DNA of 59,162 bases, the filler included, from Basidiobolus ranarum (lineage: Eukaryota): the NCBI GenBank assembly GCA_040143965.1. It is 8 parts of 8 records of this genome, joined end to end, with 100 filler letters (N's around TTAATTAATTAA, not from the genome) between each part and the next. Parts side by side here need not be neighbours in the genome. Positions count along the whole stretch, not along the records: positions 7,426 to 14,748 come from JASJQH010008016.1; positions 14,849 to 22,158 come from JASJQH010008017.1; positions 22,259 to 29,566 come from JASJQH010008018.1; 5 more parts are not named here. One strand, written 5' to 3'. Under the pieces are notes generated by a model. The model searched no databases and was not told the DNA's origin. It was given only the letters and a program-made list of their open reading frames with translations. Each line of letters opens with the position of its first letter. Position 1 is the first letter of the stretch. A program made the position numbers and the translations under genes. Below are positions 12,497-27,156 of this stretch, piece by piece.

Positions 12497-13269
12497 TTAA
12501 TTACACCGAAGACGCCTTGAGCGTGAGGATTTGAGCTCTTCCGGCTCTTCTGGTGAAGGAGTTTGATCTGCTTCAGTAGGCTGTGAAGGATAATATAATG
12601 TTTGATCAATTGTCTGAGCTTGATCAAACTGATTCGAATCGGACAATACATGGCCTACTTGTGCTGAACTCCTTTGGACCTGACCAGGTAACGCTTGCTG
12701 AGGTAAAGATTGGCCAAGAGTATTTGCTAACTGTGAGGGTAGATTGAAGGGCATAGTATCTGCCGAACCTGTATTAATTATTGTTTGTGCATTGTTACTC
12801 TCACTATTGAGCGCTGAGTCTGATGCTTGAAGCGGTAAAAAATCTTCAGAGCTAGAATTATGCGCTGGTGGTGCTGGAGACATTTCCATGCTACCCTCAG
12901 AATCCTGTGACATTCCATACACTCCTGGTGTAATATTACTATCACCATTTGATCTAAAATCTACAACTTCTCCCTGGTCAGATTTTATACCGCTACCTTC
13001 AACTTCAAAGCTAGGGCCGGACTGATACATGCCGTCAAAGTTCAAGTTATCATACTTTCTGGTAACAGTTGTAAACTCTTGTTTGAGTAGGGGAACCGAC
13101 TCGGGTTGAACCTCAACGCCTGCTGGCTGCTCAACAGAAGAATTTTGGTCTTGACTGTAACCTGCGGATTCCTCTGGTTGTATTCCACTTGTATGGCGAT
13201 TAGAGTATCTTCCACTAATATTTTAACAAACAAAACCGAAGTGAAGAGTAAGCTAGATGTGAGATGCAT
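12497..13269 (-). pseudogene. Frameshifted member of a Ser/Gln/Asp-rich putative secreted protein family
   Basis: Hydrophobic N-terminus MHLTSSLLFTSVLFVKIL, then a frame change near 13045 into GPSFEVEGSGIKSDQGEVVD; homologous to 48104-48490 and 48841-49195. Confidence 0.6.
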
Positions 13270-14748
13270 AGTTGTGATGTTCTTACATACGTATATTCAT
13301 GAGTATATATATACGCATAGACGGTTATATCAAGCTTACAGCACTGAGTTAGTGATAAACTAATTTATTAATATATAAACTGACTTAATGGCAACCTACC
13401 AAGTGTTCGGTTTATAAGTATGTTAGTCCCAATGGTAACCTTCATAAAATGACTCGCTTTGTTTCATCGATCTCCACTAATATTAGTGGATTCATTTTCA
13501 TCGTTACCGTTACTGTCATTTATGATGATCTAGAGAAATAAATGGTGAGGAATATATCGTTTACATCTTGAAATTACTAGTTATTATACTTTAATTGGAA
13601 AATGAGAATATATTGTCCTTGAATGCTCCTGTGCATATACGCAATAAACAAATAAATATATATATACAGTAGACAAATTTTATTTTTTTGACTGCTCATT
13701 CATTTCTGTGATAACCCGGTTTATTATAACGCTTTTGAGCTAAGGTATTTCTTGATTCATCCTTGAGCGCATATATAATGTGCGATAAAAATATGATAAT
13801 TTAGCCAAAACAATCGGATTTTCACGTTCGACTTGTACAAAACAAATTTAGTGATTTGCATTGCCCAGCTATAATTCAAAGCTTGGCTTAGGAATGACTG
13901 TAACTATATGAACTGCGAACAGTGGAAGCCTTTGTCACCGGTTTAGATATAAGAGGAAAATAATCTAACTCTATAAAGAGGATCTATTTGTTCTACAATG
14001 AAAGCCCTTTTTCTGCCGCCAGTTCTTTCCATGGCTCTTCTAGCTGTAGGATTAGCAAGTGCCCCATAAAATTTACTCTTCTTAGTAAGTAGTAATCTAA
14101 TAAGAAAATAGTATTTGGCTATTGCTTTAACATTTATAAATCGGAACACTCCACAGGATACAGCTCAGCAACTAGTCTTCACAGCGGGCTCCTGTCAGCA
14201 AGTGAGATTTGGTCCAGTTGATACAGTCAGTATGGCACCAATGTCACCTGGTAAGTTTGCACAAGCCGTATTGTCTCCCTCTCTACAAGGATGCAAAAAA
14301 CGTGATAATGGAGATGTTTGTTAAAGAAAATCAGTGAGGGTTGGAGCTGTTCGAGTCTTGGTTGATCAACTACGCATCTCGTGAGAAATGCACATCATGA
14401 GAGATCTACATTAGCCAACCCATATTCATCATCTATGCATCCAGTGTTAAACTGTTTCTGAGCATTAGCATGTGGTTACTGGGTTCGAGCGCTGAACTTA
14501 CTCATTATTTAATGGCACTCTTCAATTGCCAGTATTGGGGATTCTGTGTCAATCAGAGTAGAATATATGCTTACGGTATCTTGCAACTTTACCATTTGTT
14601 GATTGGTCAAACACTTACTAAATTTCATATTAATTAGAGCGATACAGCGAGAATATCGAGAAGTCGCACAACAGTATACATAAATCCACTTTGGTTCGCC
14701 TTAAATGGCTTAATTCAATAAAGGTTATTTATTGATAGTCTTGTGGCA

Positions 14749-14848
14749 NNNNNNNNNNNNNNNNNNNNNNNNNNNNNNNNNNNNNNNNNNNNTTAATTAA
14801 TTAANNNNNNNNNNNNNNNNNNNNNNNNNNNNNNNNNNNNNNNNNNNN
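14749..14848. other. Artificial contig-joining spacer
   Basis: 44N-TTAATTAATTAA-44N. Confidence 0.99.
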
Positions 14849-17800
14849 GGAGACATTGAGCGAGATCTTGGTGCTGCTGGGATTCTCAGGCCCGACCATT
14901 TAGACTCTGCAGTGGGGGGCTCGAGAATTTCACACTCCGATAAGCTCTCACTTTGTATTATGTCTTCTCGAATAGGTTCTCTATTCCAAGATCGGTTAGA
15001 AGAAATTGACGAACGGGGTGAACTGTTGATACGAGATGGTATGGGTGGTGGCATAGATGGCGACATCTGATTGATCGATGACGAGCTGTTTGAACTTGAA
15101 GCTTCAAAGCTTGCTTCAGGGATTGAGGTTAGGGAAAGTTCGGAAATTCCATTTAGTGATAAAGATATATGTTGTTCCTGACTAAGATGAGAATCAAGTG
15201 ATGACTGAGAGCCTCTAGCTGTGGTGTTTAGAAAGTCCATTGAGGGCTCAAAGAATAAATTCTCCCCAGAAGACTCCGATAAAATAGTATTAGCCGAATG
15301 AGAATTCTCTGGAGATGACGTTAAAATGGTCTCTGATGACAATTTCCTATTATGTTGACGCGGAGAGGCTGAAATAGATAGCCGACTTAACCTACTCTTT
15401 GCCGAAAGACCTTCCACTTTGAGAAGTCCATCTGCATCGGAAATACCATCAATATTACCAACCAAGTCTTCCAGGACAATGTCATACTGCCATTCTGCTA
15501 GAGACCCTGCTCCAGTAGAATCAGGAGTATCATGAAATATCACCGGGGTAAATATCAAGCAAATATTTGAGATATTCATCTTGTTAACGTCTGAATGCTG
15601 AACCACTCTAAATGCAAATATACCAAAGTTCAATTACCTACTGTTTATCGCATCGGCTCTATATAGTTCTATATAAGTACATATCATACTAACCGAGAAA
15701 GATGCCGACTAAGGTATAGTAAAGTATAAAGGTGAGCATCCGGTAGAGCACTCAATCTTTGACGCAAGATCAATCGTCTATCTTCTGGGTCAGAATTCCC
15801 TGATAAACAAAAGACTAATGTTAGTACAAGAACTTCAATGGTGCAACAAAGACACAGAAATAGGCCTACTCGAGTACTCAACACGCTCATTAAAAGGAAA
15901 AGGAAACAAAGGTTCTGGTAGCTCCCTAATATAAGTTTTAAGCAGGCTGGCAACAGATGCGACACTCGTGTCATCCTCTAAACTGATGGCTTCATTTTTC
16001 TCAAATGCTTGGCGTAGTTGTTGAATTTGGGAATGTTTGCCGGAAACCCTATATATTCCCTCTCTATTTAAGCCTAAAAGATTGCGGTTGTTATTAGGTT
16101 GTTCTAACCATGTTTAATGAGTAAGTCGCCACTAACCATGATTATCCACGAAATCGATACATTTCTCCACAATCAACGGGACATGTCGCTTTTTTAGGCG
16201 ATGATGCTCAGTGAGAGGAACACCGAAAATAAGATCTAGGCAGTGGAAAAGGTATTGAGTTGGATTTGAAACTAATACACAAAAGATCACCGACATTATT
16301 ACCTTTGGTAACACCAACATAATAATTCTTGTAGTAAACAGGTTGTGGCAATGTGCAATCGTGTGGCTGTCTAGATGCACTGAATAACCTTATATCAACT
16401 TCAGGCTTGATACATTCCACATAAGGAAATATTTGATCCAGAACCTAATGAATGGTACCGGTTATTTGGAGAATTGAATATACACAGCTCTCAAGACAAA
16501 GTATCACAGAACAAAACATACTGAAGTAGTCCCTTTACACATCTCTTGCTCTACGCTTCCATATTTTTGAAATATTTCCTTGGTTTCCTCAATGCGTTCG
16601 GACTCCAAATCTTTCGATTCCTGCCGAATGATAGTATTGTAAATTTAGTGTACAGCATGGCTGATTCGATGCTGTACATACCTCAAATGCGTTTTTAGTT
16701 TGTAAAGCATGCTTTTGTCTCACACGCTCTAGCTTTTGTATTCCTTGACGGTACTCTTCATCTGGAATGCCAAAGTTGGAACTTGTAAGTTTCAAACATC
16801 GTTTACAAAGATATGGGGTGTATAAATGATGGATGAATAGTTACCGGCATCATCCAGGTCCTTCTTGGCTTTAGTATACTTGACAAAATTCTATTACATA
16901 TGAAATTACATTACTGCGTACTTCCATGCGTTATCATTGTGTTAAGTAATACCTTGGAGTTCGTTTGTCTATGTCTTGGACTCTGGTTTGGCTTCGCTTG
17001 GTTCTCTTCGTCATTTCCAAATGCCTGTTTAAGTGATTCACATTTAGATATGTAGGATTTATGCAACTATTGTACATCAGTCGGATTAGTCGTGATAATT
17101 ATAGGAGCGTTCTAGTATTACACTCCAAGTACCTTTGGTAAAACTTGGGTTCTATATTCTAGATATTCTTTGTTAGCGGATTTTAGCACCGATTTAATAT
17201 GAGAACCTTTAGATCGATGATTATCCTAATATGAAAATGGCTTCGGATAAATAGATATTCCCACTTGACTACTATCCAAATGCATATATTCACTTTAATA
17301 ACGGCAAGGCGCTCCACAATATCCTTGGAAAGTTTCTCAGCAATATTCTTATGCAAGATTGCCAAATCCTCATGAGCATATACAATGGCTTTAAAAGCTT
17401 GTTGACAAGTGGTCATAAGGTTTGAAGCGCCGGTCCTAAAATTAGGATGTACGATTAATTTTAGCCAAAGTATTTTGATAGCGGAAGTAAGAAAACAGCG
17501 AATACATCAAAGGAAATAGTTCCGCCTGTCTCTTGGCAAGCTTATCGAGACTTTTCCAATATTGTTCCTCTATAATCAAGCTAAATCCATATATTAATTA
17601 TTAGATAAAAAAACTATCAACCAAAAAACAAAGGTCATTAAGGTATGTTTACCGATTTCGAAAAAAGTTTAAAAGTGAAGCCAGTTCTAGTTGATTTCCT
17701 TCGGTCATGTCCTTGACATATTGGTAAGAATGTTCAACATTGGTTATCTAGAATAAGAACGTAACAAAGAATTTCATTTAAGAAAACATGTAGCAAGGCT

Positions 17801-17899
17801 CAAGAAAATACATAATAGGTATCGCACGAGAGTTTGACTTACTACCAAGTCAAGGTCATCACTAGAATCGGCGGAGCGTACAGAAGCGTGGTTGGGCAT
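14849..17899 (-). CDS. F-BAR + RhoGAP protein (Rgd1-like), multi-exon, 3' end cut by contig end
   Basis: N-terminal F-BAR-like helices (FFRNR..IEEQYWKSLDKLAK; AFKAIVYAHEDLAILH). RhoGAP motifs IFGVPL, VPLIVEKCI, EGIYRVSG, NKMNISNICLIFTP. Many GT-AG introns. Start ATG 17899 is tentative. Confidence 0.85.
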
Positions 17900-20800
17900 G
17901 GCAAAAGAGGAGAATGCTTCCTAAATGGTTCGAACAGAAGCCAAATAGAGTCAATATATACAGTGGTTATCAGACAGAAAGTAAGAATATGTAAAAGCTA
18001 ATGTTCAGAACAGTATATATGTTTCCAGAGATAACCAAGTTAAATAACCTTATTTCTAACTGTCTTTACAGCTTTCTTGATACTTTGTTTCCTTTTTATG
18101 TTTTCCAGCTTGAAAATGGTGACTCAGGAGAAAGCGGTCACTGTTTAATTTGTAAGAAAGGAGAAGGAGAGAGATAGGGAAAGGGATATGAAAGCGGTGT
18201 GGACAAGTTATATCAGATCAAGCTATTAAGCGAGGTAAACCCGAATTGAGCGTAAAGTGTAGACGAGTAGGCTGAGATTTCATCAATCCTAATTGAGGGC
18301 ACAATTAGAACAATGTCCAATATTTTCACTCTCACCTGATGTATCATAATCTACGTGATTTGAAGCATTTTTGCCACTATAGTGGGTAGCCGACAAAGGC
18401 TATTGCAAAGTAACGCGGATCTAATTCAAAAGGCCCTCAGGGGCTTGATTCTGGATCCGGCCGACGATATATCACTGGATTTTCACTGAAATCCTTTGAA
18501 TGACTAAAAACAAAACATAATTACCGCTGCAGGGCCTACTTTCGACGGTATTCAGCGCTAATTGGAGCAAAAGCCTTGTTTATATGCATTATTTTACGTA
18601 CCAGTTGGTTCTGACTAATTACTAATGAATAGCTTAGTTTAATCCAGGCTTCTGAGTCTAATCTAAGTCAATATTAATGACTATTTGTGGGTCTTCACAA
18701 CATCCACAGCCATTAGTGATATTTCGTGTTGCACTGCGACGTGATCAAGAAGATCGACACAACCATTACTGGTCATGTCGTCATGCTGGTAGCCGTTGGA
18801 TGATTTCAGGAACCTACATTACTCGTTGAGTACTGGCCTGTACCCCTACCAATCACTGAACGCAAAGCATGATACATATTGGTGGTGAAACGTAGCAATC
18901 ATGTAGACTGTTAGGTCAGTTTAAGCATATGGACTTGGACAAATAACAACTCTCGGTGTCTTATGAGTTGCAGAACAAGTATTCATCATAGATAGGTTTC
19001 GGACTGACAGTGTAGCTGCATACGCTACGATTTCAGTAAACTCCATTCGGCACCACAGCTTGAAATGATTCTACGTAACATTATGCTCGGATATTTGTTT
19101 GCCATCAACTGTACTCAGCTTCAAGCGATAAGCTCTCCTAATTATCAATTCTAGCACAGCATGGACTGTATTCGACGGACTGCATGATGTTACCAGAATT
19201 GGTCAGGAGGTTGCTGATTAGCTACGTGACTATATAGCTGAAAGTCCCAAATTTGGGCCAATTCTAAATGTTTTAAAATCTAATAAGCAATCATGTATCA
19301 GGATTGGAAGTATATTTGGTAATTGGTGTGTGCTTCGGAAGAGTATTTCCTAATCCTCTTGGCCATCACGGAGAAATTAATTAACTTGCATTGCCTAAAA
19401 TGGAGAATGGAAGCTTATGGCAAAGTGGAAGTGCCGCATCTTGTTTTACCAGAGCGCCTATTGATTAGGCCGTTATAACACCGATAAAGTGGCTAAAAAA
19501 ATATATTGAGAAAAGAGCACCCACACAAGTTAAGATGACGTTGCAAGAGAACGAGCGGTGGTAAGGCAGGTGAATGGGGTGTTCACACAATGTCTGCAAC
19601 AAGATAGAAGGCGTACGACATTTATTTTGGATCTCGGAATGCAATTGAACTGTTGATTATAGACTTTTCATATGCTCCAGGTGCTTTATTATAGCTTCCA
19701 TGAATAGAGTTCTGAAGATGCTAAAGCAGGCAGACTTTACTAAAATTGGCTCAAGTACAAGTTCGAGATGCTATTTTTATGTAGGTTTAATACCCGGGGA
19801 GGCTCCTGCTGGCTCTATTCGACTTTCACCCATTTATGTATATATTATTGGGTCATAGGAAGCTGACTTTACCAACAAACCTGGGTAGAGTAAGTGTCAG
19901 AGTATATACCATGGAGTCTTATATATAGCCCTGAATTGATTTCCTTGGTACGCCATTTCCGGTTTGACAGGAGATAATAGATTATACAGATGGCATCGGA
20001 AAAACACTAACCTCAACCCATCCTAAGACTCCATAATTATTTGTGACGGTGACCAGATCCCTTGAATCAGGGATACACCGAGGCCACATCCCATAATGCC
20101 TAGGGCCGGTTCTTTCCAAATTTTCTCGTAACACTGCATTGGTAGGGAAATCAGTGCCACCATGGGGTAATCGGAAGATTCGAAATGCGACAATTTCGAT
20201 CACCATTTGGGACAGCAATGTCAGTGGCTAAATGTAAGTCACATAATTATAAGTATCACTTCAAAATTCCCTGTACCTCGTAAACATGGGCTAAACGTGA
20301 GCAATGTTCTCTCTCTTTAAAGTGTGGTTATTTGTTGGAACAATAATCTATAGAAAAGGCGCATATTCTGAATGGGTACTGTTTCGGTTTTGATATATGG
20401 GGGAATCAAGTCAATTCGTTAATACAAGCACAATGTACCAAGAGTTCAGACATTGTAAGGGGTTGGTAATTTGACTGGGGGACAGAGCATAATACAATTC
20501 AATATTTCGTCATTCATTATCATCAATGCCAACAAAAGACTGGTTTATTCGCACCAACACTCGCTCATCTACCCAAATTGAAACTGGAACGTTATTAAGT
20601 CTATCCTTGAACCAGCTTCCTAACAGATCAAAATTAGCAATAATAATACTAGAACTTAGTCAACATCAGGTATTAATCGGCATTATAATGTCACAAAGAA
20701 AAGCTTCATGTATAGACCTGGGATAGGACTATATGGTTTGAAAGTTTACATGTTTCTCTCTGACTCGATTCTTTGCGAAGCAAGACCCATAGTGGAAAAT

Positions 20801-21818
20801 AATGCCGAGAAGCACAAGTGAGAGTTCCCAAACAAAAGGAGAATTAACAGTCAAGTGTAGAGCAATCAGTTGCAAAGGGAAATTGAGCAAGTGCCGCATT
20901 AAAATTGTAGATATTGATTCTGATACAGATTGATCTTGATATTTTTGGCGCAAATGCTTGATATTATTTTCCTTTAAATACAGAGTTTCTTATAGTTGTT
21001 CAACTTGCATATACAATACTTAATTTTTGGTGGCTCAGCTGAAGGAATGCCTATAATTGAGTCGCTCCCTGACCAGAGCCCAAGCAATAATCAATATGCA
21101 GGCGAAGCTGACCCGGAACGCGATCACTTCAGGGTAGTGAGAGAAAGAATTGACTAATGACGATATTATGTCTCGAGCTTTGTAATGCTCTATACATTTT
21201 GGGCACTCTTCATCAACTTTGGTCAATGAGATGGTTTTTGAGAATAGTAGTCTGATTTGGAACAATAATCGAATAACTAGACTTAGAGGAATTTGTTCTG
21301 GGTCGCTTTGGAGATTCTTCAGGATGTTGATAGTCAAGGTGCAGTGTTATCAAAGGCAATTGAGAAGATTTATTTTCCAAGAGAATCCTGGTATGAAATG
21401 ATTGGATTTGTACGTATTTTGATCTCTACGATTGAAATTGAGTATCTGATAACAAAAAGGGATTCCAAGAGCATCAAGATATCCTTGTATAGGAATATGG
21501 AACAAATAAGAAAGTCAGAAAACCTATCAAAACTTTCGGAAACTAACCAGTACAAAATAGGAGGATAGAAGGCCTTATGGGTAGGCAAAACATATGTGGG
21601 CATCCCATCGGTTAGCCACATAACAAGATTCTGATCAAAGATCTGAGAGGTGTGCATACTCAATAGTATTGGAAAGCGCATAGAGTATGTCAGCATTCAT
21701 GGTAGGCAAAAATGGAAAGGTGTCAGACAAGGATCCCTAAAGATACTACCATGAAAGAAAGAGCGGAGATTTCGATAGTCTGTTATCATAATCATATGGA
21801 GGTGGCAAGGGAAATCTC

Positions 21819-22158
21819 TTAATAAATTGAAGAAAACCGTCGTCGTTTTGAAGGCGAGAGTTGATAAGGATGCGGGTGAGTCACGTGCGGCAATGGCGAG
21901 TAAGTGGCTTGGTATTTGTAGGATGGAGGGGAAATGGAATAAGGAATTACAGACACGTTATGGTGAGACTCAAGCTCAGACATGTATGCATGGAAATAAT
22001 CGTACTGACGTTCCAGGCTTGCCCGCCAGGATTCAAACTCGATGTGGCAAACATGGATATCCCATTTGAGACATTGGAAGAATTCTCGTTCCATGATACT
22101 TATTTCCTGGGCTCTAAGACCTGTTATTACTGACCAGGTTTTATTGTTGAAAGACTTG
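21819..22158 (-). CDS. 3' part of a Pho85-type (Pcl/Pho80/Clg1-like) cyclin
   Basis: SFNNKTWSVITGL..EISIMEREFFQCLKWDIHV matches the end of the cyclin box; 5' part lies beyond the contig end. Confidence 0.8.
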
Positions 22159-22258
22159 NNNNNNNNNNNNNNNNNNNNNNNNNNNNNNNNNNNNNNNNNN
22201 NNTTAATTAATTAANNNNNNNNNNNNNNNNNNNNNNNNNNNNNNNNNNNNNNNNNNNN
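22159..22258. other. Artificial contig-joining spacer
   Basis: 44N-TTAATTAATTAA-44N. Confidence 0.99.
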
Positions 22259-23083
22259 TAGTGAGGGTATTTACCGGAATGTAGGTCTTAAATCAACAAC
22301 CAACTGTTTTGATAAATATTTGAACAAGTACGCAATAGCGTTAAATGACCACTACACGAGAAAACGAAACAGAATGTTAGTCGGTCTCATTAACAAGATG
22401 GCAGTGGATACAGACGGATAGCATACCTCTAAAATATTAACATCTTTATGTTTTACAAGGGGAATGATGCAAGCGAGCATTCTTTCATAATAAGGGAAAA
22501 ATTCTTCTTGAAGATCTTTTGCAAGCATAGTGACCAAACTGATAAAAATCGAGTATAACTTTGTGAGAACTGGCGTACGATGAATGATGCAACAAAGAAG
22601 TCTCTTACTTCAACAATGGCTCTAAAGCTAAGCTATCTTCGACTTTCAAATGTTCCTCTAAAATATCGATCACATTCTCCTTATGATACAAGAGCTGTGC
22701 TAGACTTTGTGTATGTTTTTCAACTTTCACATAAAACTCAGCAAAATTAGTTGTGCAGTTAAGTTCCTTCCATGATTGTAAAGCTTCATTGAAGAAAGTA
22801 TCAGCATCCTGTATGAGGGGGCATTGTTAGCAACTATAATGTTTCGACTTCGACACTATTTCTCCACTTACTTCCGGTTCTTCTGTTACGGGCCGTACTC
22901 TATGAACGATATCAATGTGTAATTTTTCGACTCTGCTTTTAAAGGGTTGATACTAAACAGATTGAAGTTAGAGAGTGCATCAACAGTCACAAAGAGTTGC
23001 GAAACTACTATCAATCATACCTTCCAGCGATTTTCCCCTTCGCCTGTGTTCAGCTCTTTAACGATTATATTGTCCTTCACCAT
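22259..23083 (-). CDS. UTP20: 5' exons of U3 snoRNP HEAT-repeat protein Utp20
   Basis: Spliced translation ENRWKYQPFKSRVEKLHIDI..FNEALQSWKELNCTTNFAEF..SLAQLLYHKE..LALEPLL..LAKDLQEEF..FNAIAYLFKYL; truncated by contig end. Confidence 0.9.
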
Positions 23084-23753
23084 TCTAGATCAGTAAAGAG
23101 CGAGTCTAACCCCCTAACAGTATGAGCTTGAAGTCAACCTTGTTTAGTAAAACCAATAATGTAGGTGACAGAAAAAAAAAGCTCGTTCAAAAAAAAAATT
23201 ATGAGTTCGAAAATTTATTTTTCTATTTTCGGTAAATCCATAAACATCTACTTTTAAATATCGCGAAATCTACCCTCAATAATTAGTTAATCAACTATAA
23301 GTAAACTTCCATAAAAGGCAATGAATATTTGGAATTTTTGTACAAATAGATTTTCATCGAGGAATGTTGGATACAAAATCCTCGGTGGCTAGTTGTGACA
23401 TGCGGCAGATACTAATATGATGTCTTGTGACTGTCAGAAGTCTGACGAGAATTATAAAGAGTCACAGGGAGCGATCATAGTAGAATAGACGGGTAGTTGA
23501 TATGAGGCGAGTATTGCCGTGGATGGATAGTTGGAATATATAGAGATGTTTATTTTCGGGATTTTTAACGAGTTTCCGCTGTTTTCTCTGCTTAGTTCTT
23601 AAAGTAGGATTAAGGGAAGGGTTGGGGCCAAAGTATAGCAAACCACCAGGATGGAGGGTGCGAGCCTGAGAATTGGATCTTTTTGAACTCATTATCAGAG
23701 TGAACAGAGATGGGCGATTCGGAACATCAAGTACCAGCCAAGTTAAACGAATA

Positions 23754-26700
23754 TCAACTTGGCGGTCCATATATTCTGACGATCGAGTCTGCTCCACCAC
23801 TTGCAAGCCAAGGAAGGGATGGATGGTAGCGAATACTGCACACACCCTCATCGGACTTACGACGATGTGAGCTAAATTCTTGCAGACACGTATACATCGT
23901 GGTGTCCCAGACTCTTATGGACGAATCATGGCCTGTTAGAATAAGAAAGACATAAATATTCACGAAGGACCCAATAGAAAGATATTATTTGAATGATCAA
24001 CCTCCCGAAACCAGCTGCAGACCAGTATGATTTATATCCAAGGTAGATACAGAGTCTAGGTGCGCTATCATAGAGTGCACGCATTGTCCTAGTTTCTCAA
24101 AGTTAATAAGAGACACGACCAGAAAGAACATTTCAAGCAAAGTACCTGTATTGATGTCGAAAAATCGAATATATCGATCTTCATGAGCAGAAATAACCAG
24201 AGGAAGCGTGGGGTGAGCAACAATCTGATTGATCTGAGTGGCATTAGTTGAATCTGGTATTTACTGTGGTTAGTAGAGTTCTGATGATGGATTTGCTTGT
24301 GGCATGAGAGGTTGAGGTATTCGTACCATATGTAGTGTCGCTATTGAAGTTCAAAACCGGTTGTCCAGTTGCAAGGTCAAATAATCGAATGATAGAGTTT
24401 TGATATGCAACCATTATTTTCCCGGGCTCTGAATGACTAAATTCAATAGATGTGGGATTTGGCGAGCATTTATCTAGGAAAGGAGCATTAGATTATTGTC
24501 ACTCGGGTAGGCTCACTTCAATAGAACGTACCCATCTTGTCAAGCTCACCTCTGGTAATGGCTCCATCGTAACCAATTGGCGGCTTCACATCATCGGCTC
24601 TACACTCTGTGTCCCAAAGTCGTACTGTTCCGTCTGCGGAAGCAGAAGCAATGAACTGGTCTCCGTCGCGCTTTGGAAGAAGCTTCATATCCCAAACAGC
24701 ATCAGTATGCTCGATACAAGTGTTGTGACATGTTGCATCATCTATATATCAAAATAAGATATTAACAACAGATGGTTCAAAGAGAAGCATTCGAAGAGTT
24801 AATACAATTTGCGTCGTATAGATCTCGGTCAGGTGAAGGAAGATTCCAAACGCGAATAGTCGAATCTAAACTAGAGGAGAAGCATCTCTCTTGATCGGGT
24901 ATAAAAAGTACAGAAGTAACAGCTGCTGTATGGCCACGGAAATTAATAAAGGGTTCGCATTCTTGAGATCTACAAAAAACGATCAATGGTTGCTTTCCAG
25001 TTATTATAGAGAAGTGAGGAATTTTAATACTTTTTACCAGTATTCTTATGAATACGCCACAGTTTCACAACACCGTCTTCAGATCCCGAAGCCATGACTG
25101 GCCGAGTAGAGTGGAAACTCACTGTTCGAACCGTGTCCAGATGACTAAATCGAGGATCGTTTAGTGAATGTTACAAATCCACAAGACTTGAGTAATTACC
25201 TTCTTAATGCTAGTTGAAGTTTCCAGAGGCGTTCGTCCAGTTGTTTGGGTTCAGTGTTGCTCTACAATAAAGTCAAAAATAAAGATGTTAAGATTATTAT
25301 TGTAATGGTGATCACGAAATGGCAATTGAATTGCAATTTATCCCAACCTCAGTAGTGGATGCTCCTGCCTCGTTATCGTCCAAAGACCATGCCAACGAAT
25401 TCAACTCGTCTTGTGTTTCTACAGAGGAAATCTCAGTCATTAACTTTGCTCATGTTGTACTAATTATATATTGACTAAACCTGCTCCTTCGGCTTTAGAT
25501 TTGCTGTCATGTTTTTGCATCATAGTCGTCAATTGTTCGGAAGATATATTGTATTGGCTCTGGATATCACGCATCTATAAAATAACTTTGATTTAGTCAT
25601 CGTTCCTTGATCAAAGCATCAAAGTTCGTTCATACCAACTGTTCTTCTTCTTCTTCTTTGTTATCGGCATCTTCGTCTTTTGATTCTCTATTCGCCAACT
25701 TTTCTCTAGTTTGGATCCCATGATCGTCACCTTTGTCACGCTTTTCGAGGGTATCTATTGGATCACCATCATAAGTTGGAGGTGCTAAAACTGTAATTCT
25801 ACGCTTCTTTTTTTCATCAGCATCAGGATCCTTAGGTCGAAGGTTAACTTGATCATCACTATTGACAGAGGTAGCTTGATCATCGCCATTGACAGAGGTA
25901 ACTTGATCATCGCCATTGACAGATGTAGCCTGGTCATCACTATCTACAGAGGCAACTTGGCCATCACTGCTTACAGAGGTAGCCTGGACATTATCATTTG
26001 CAGAGGTTACCTTCTCAGTAAAATCCAGCGTCAAACCTAGAAGTTTCATTGCTTTTTTCATCTGAATATCCTTTTCTTCCTGAGACATTTCTTTTCTCTT
26101 GACATAGATTGGTGGCTGACCACCTGGATTCCGAGATATCATGGTCGTTTGGTTTTCATCATTCTCCTCGGAAAGCTCAGACACTGGTTTTGAAGGGGGA
26201 ATATCGGGCAGGTTTTCAACTTCTTTTAAACAACTGATATGGGATTGAAGTTGTGAGTAAATTCGTATGGTCATAAAAAAATATTGGTCATAACTAACGA
26301 TTTGAGAATCTCCCGACTTTTTACTCTGGATTTGACACTATTTGCGGTGTTGAAATGTGAATAAAGTGAAGGTAACGAGTAAGATTGCGTAAGCGAGGCT
26401 AAAATAAAGTTAGTTATTTATAAATAATCGTTCCATTATCCTATGAATAGCTTAATTACCTTTAGAATCCCCGTTCAGTACCTGGCTTCTAGTTTTTGAA
26501 AGAGCGGTGGGATCGGATGATGTGTTTTCTGTATCGGAGCGATGTAGCTGTTCAATGGGTGATTTCTTGGTAGAAGCTAACTCCAAATATTTATTTCTGC
26601 GAGAAATAATCAAGTTTAAACTTTGACGAAACTGATATGCTAGTAATAGACCTAAGGACTGCTTCAAACCTTTCTTTACGTAAGGAATATTCAAGCATTT

Positions 26701-27156
26701 TCACTCTGCGCATCAAATCGGTCTTTATAGTTTCAATTCCACCCCTTTCTCCTTCGAGAAACACAATACGAGCCTAAAAGAAATAGACGAATTCAAGGGG
26801 GAAAGCAAAGTAAAGAGAGGATATCAAGTTAATTAGAGTAAAATCTCAAAGGCCAATTCAAATAGGTCTATATAAACACACCTTCAACGCAGCTCTTTCA
26901 ATTTCCCACTCATTCTTCTCTCTTTCGAATCTACGCCATTCAGTCTGAAGGAATTGAAGAACTCCGGGTAGCGTATATTCTGGAGTACTTGTGGGCTACA
27001 TAACATCGGTTGTAAATGTTTAGATACAGTGGTTTACATAAAGTCGCGTGATAAAGATAATTCGTGAGGAAAATATACGGTATAAGTACGTAGCTTTCCT
27101 TGTAAAGAAAAATAAGGAACTCTTTAGCTTACTTCAGTTTTTTTAATCGGCCGCAT
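23754..27156 (-). CDS. Striatin family protein (STRIPAK scaffold; N-terminal coiled coil, C-terminal WD40)
   Basis: [29 protein letters not shown] and [19 protein letters not shown]40 repeats ending [28 protein letters not shown]; many introns; first exon tentative. Confidence 0.92.
25846..25986 (-). repeat. Coding 27-bp (9-aa) tandem repeat x5 in the striatin linker
   Basis: [45 protein letters not shown]. Confidence 0.9.

Noticed and set aside
18500-21700. Several short ORFs on both strands
   Set aside because: Fragmentary, many stops, no recognisable motifs; probably decayed genes, not supportable.
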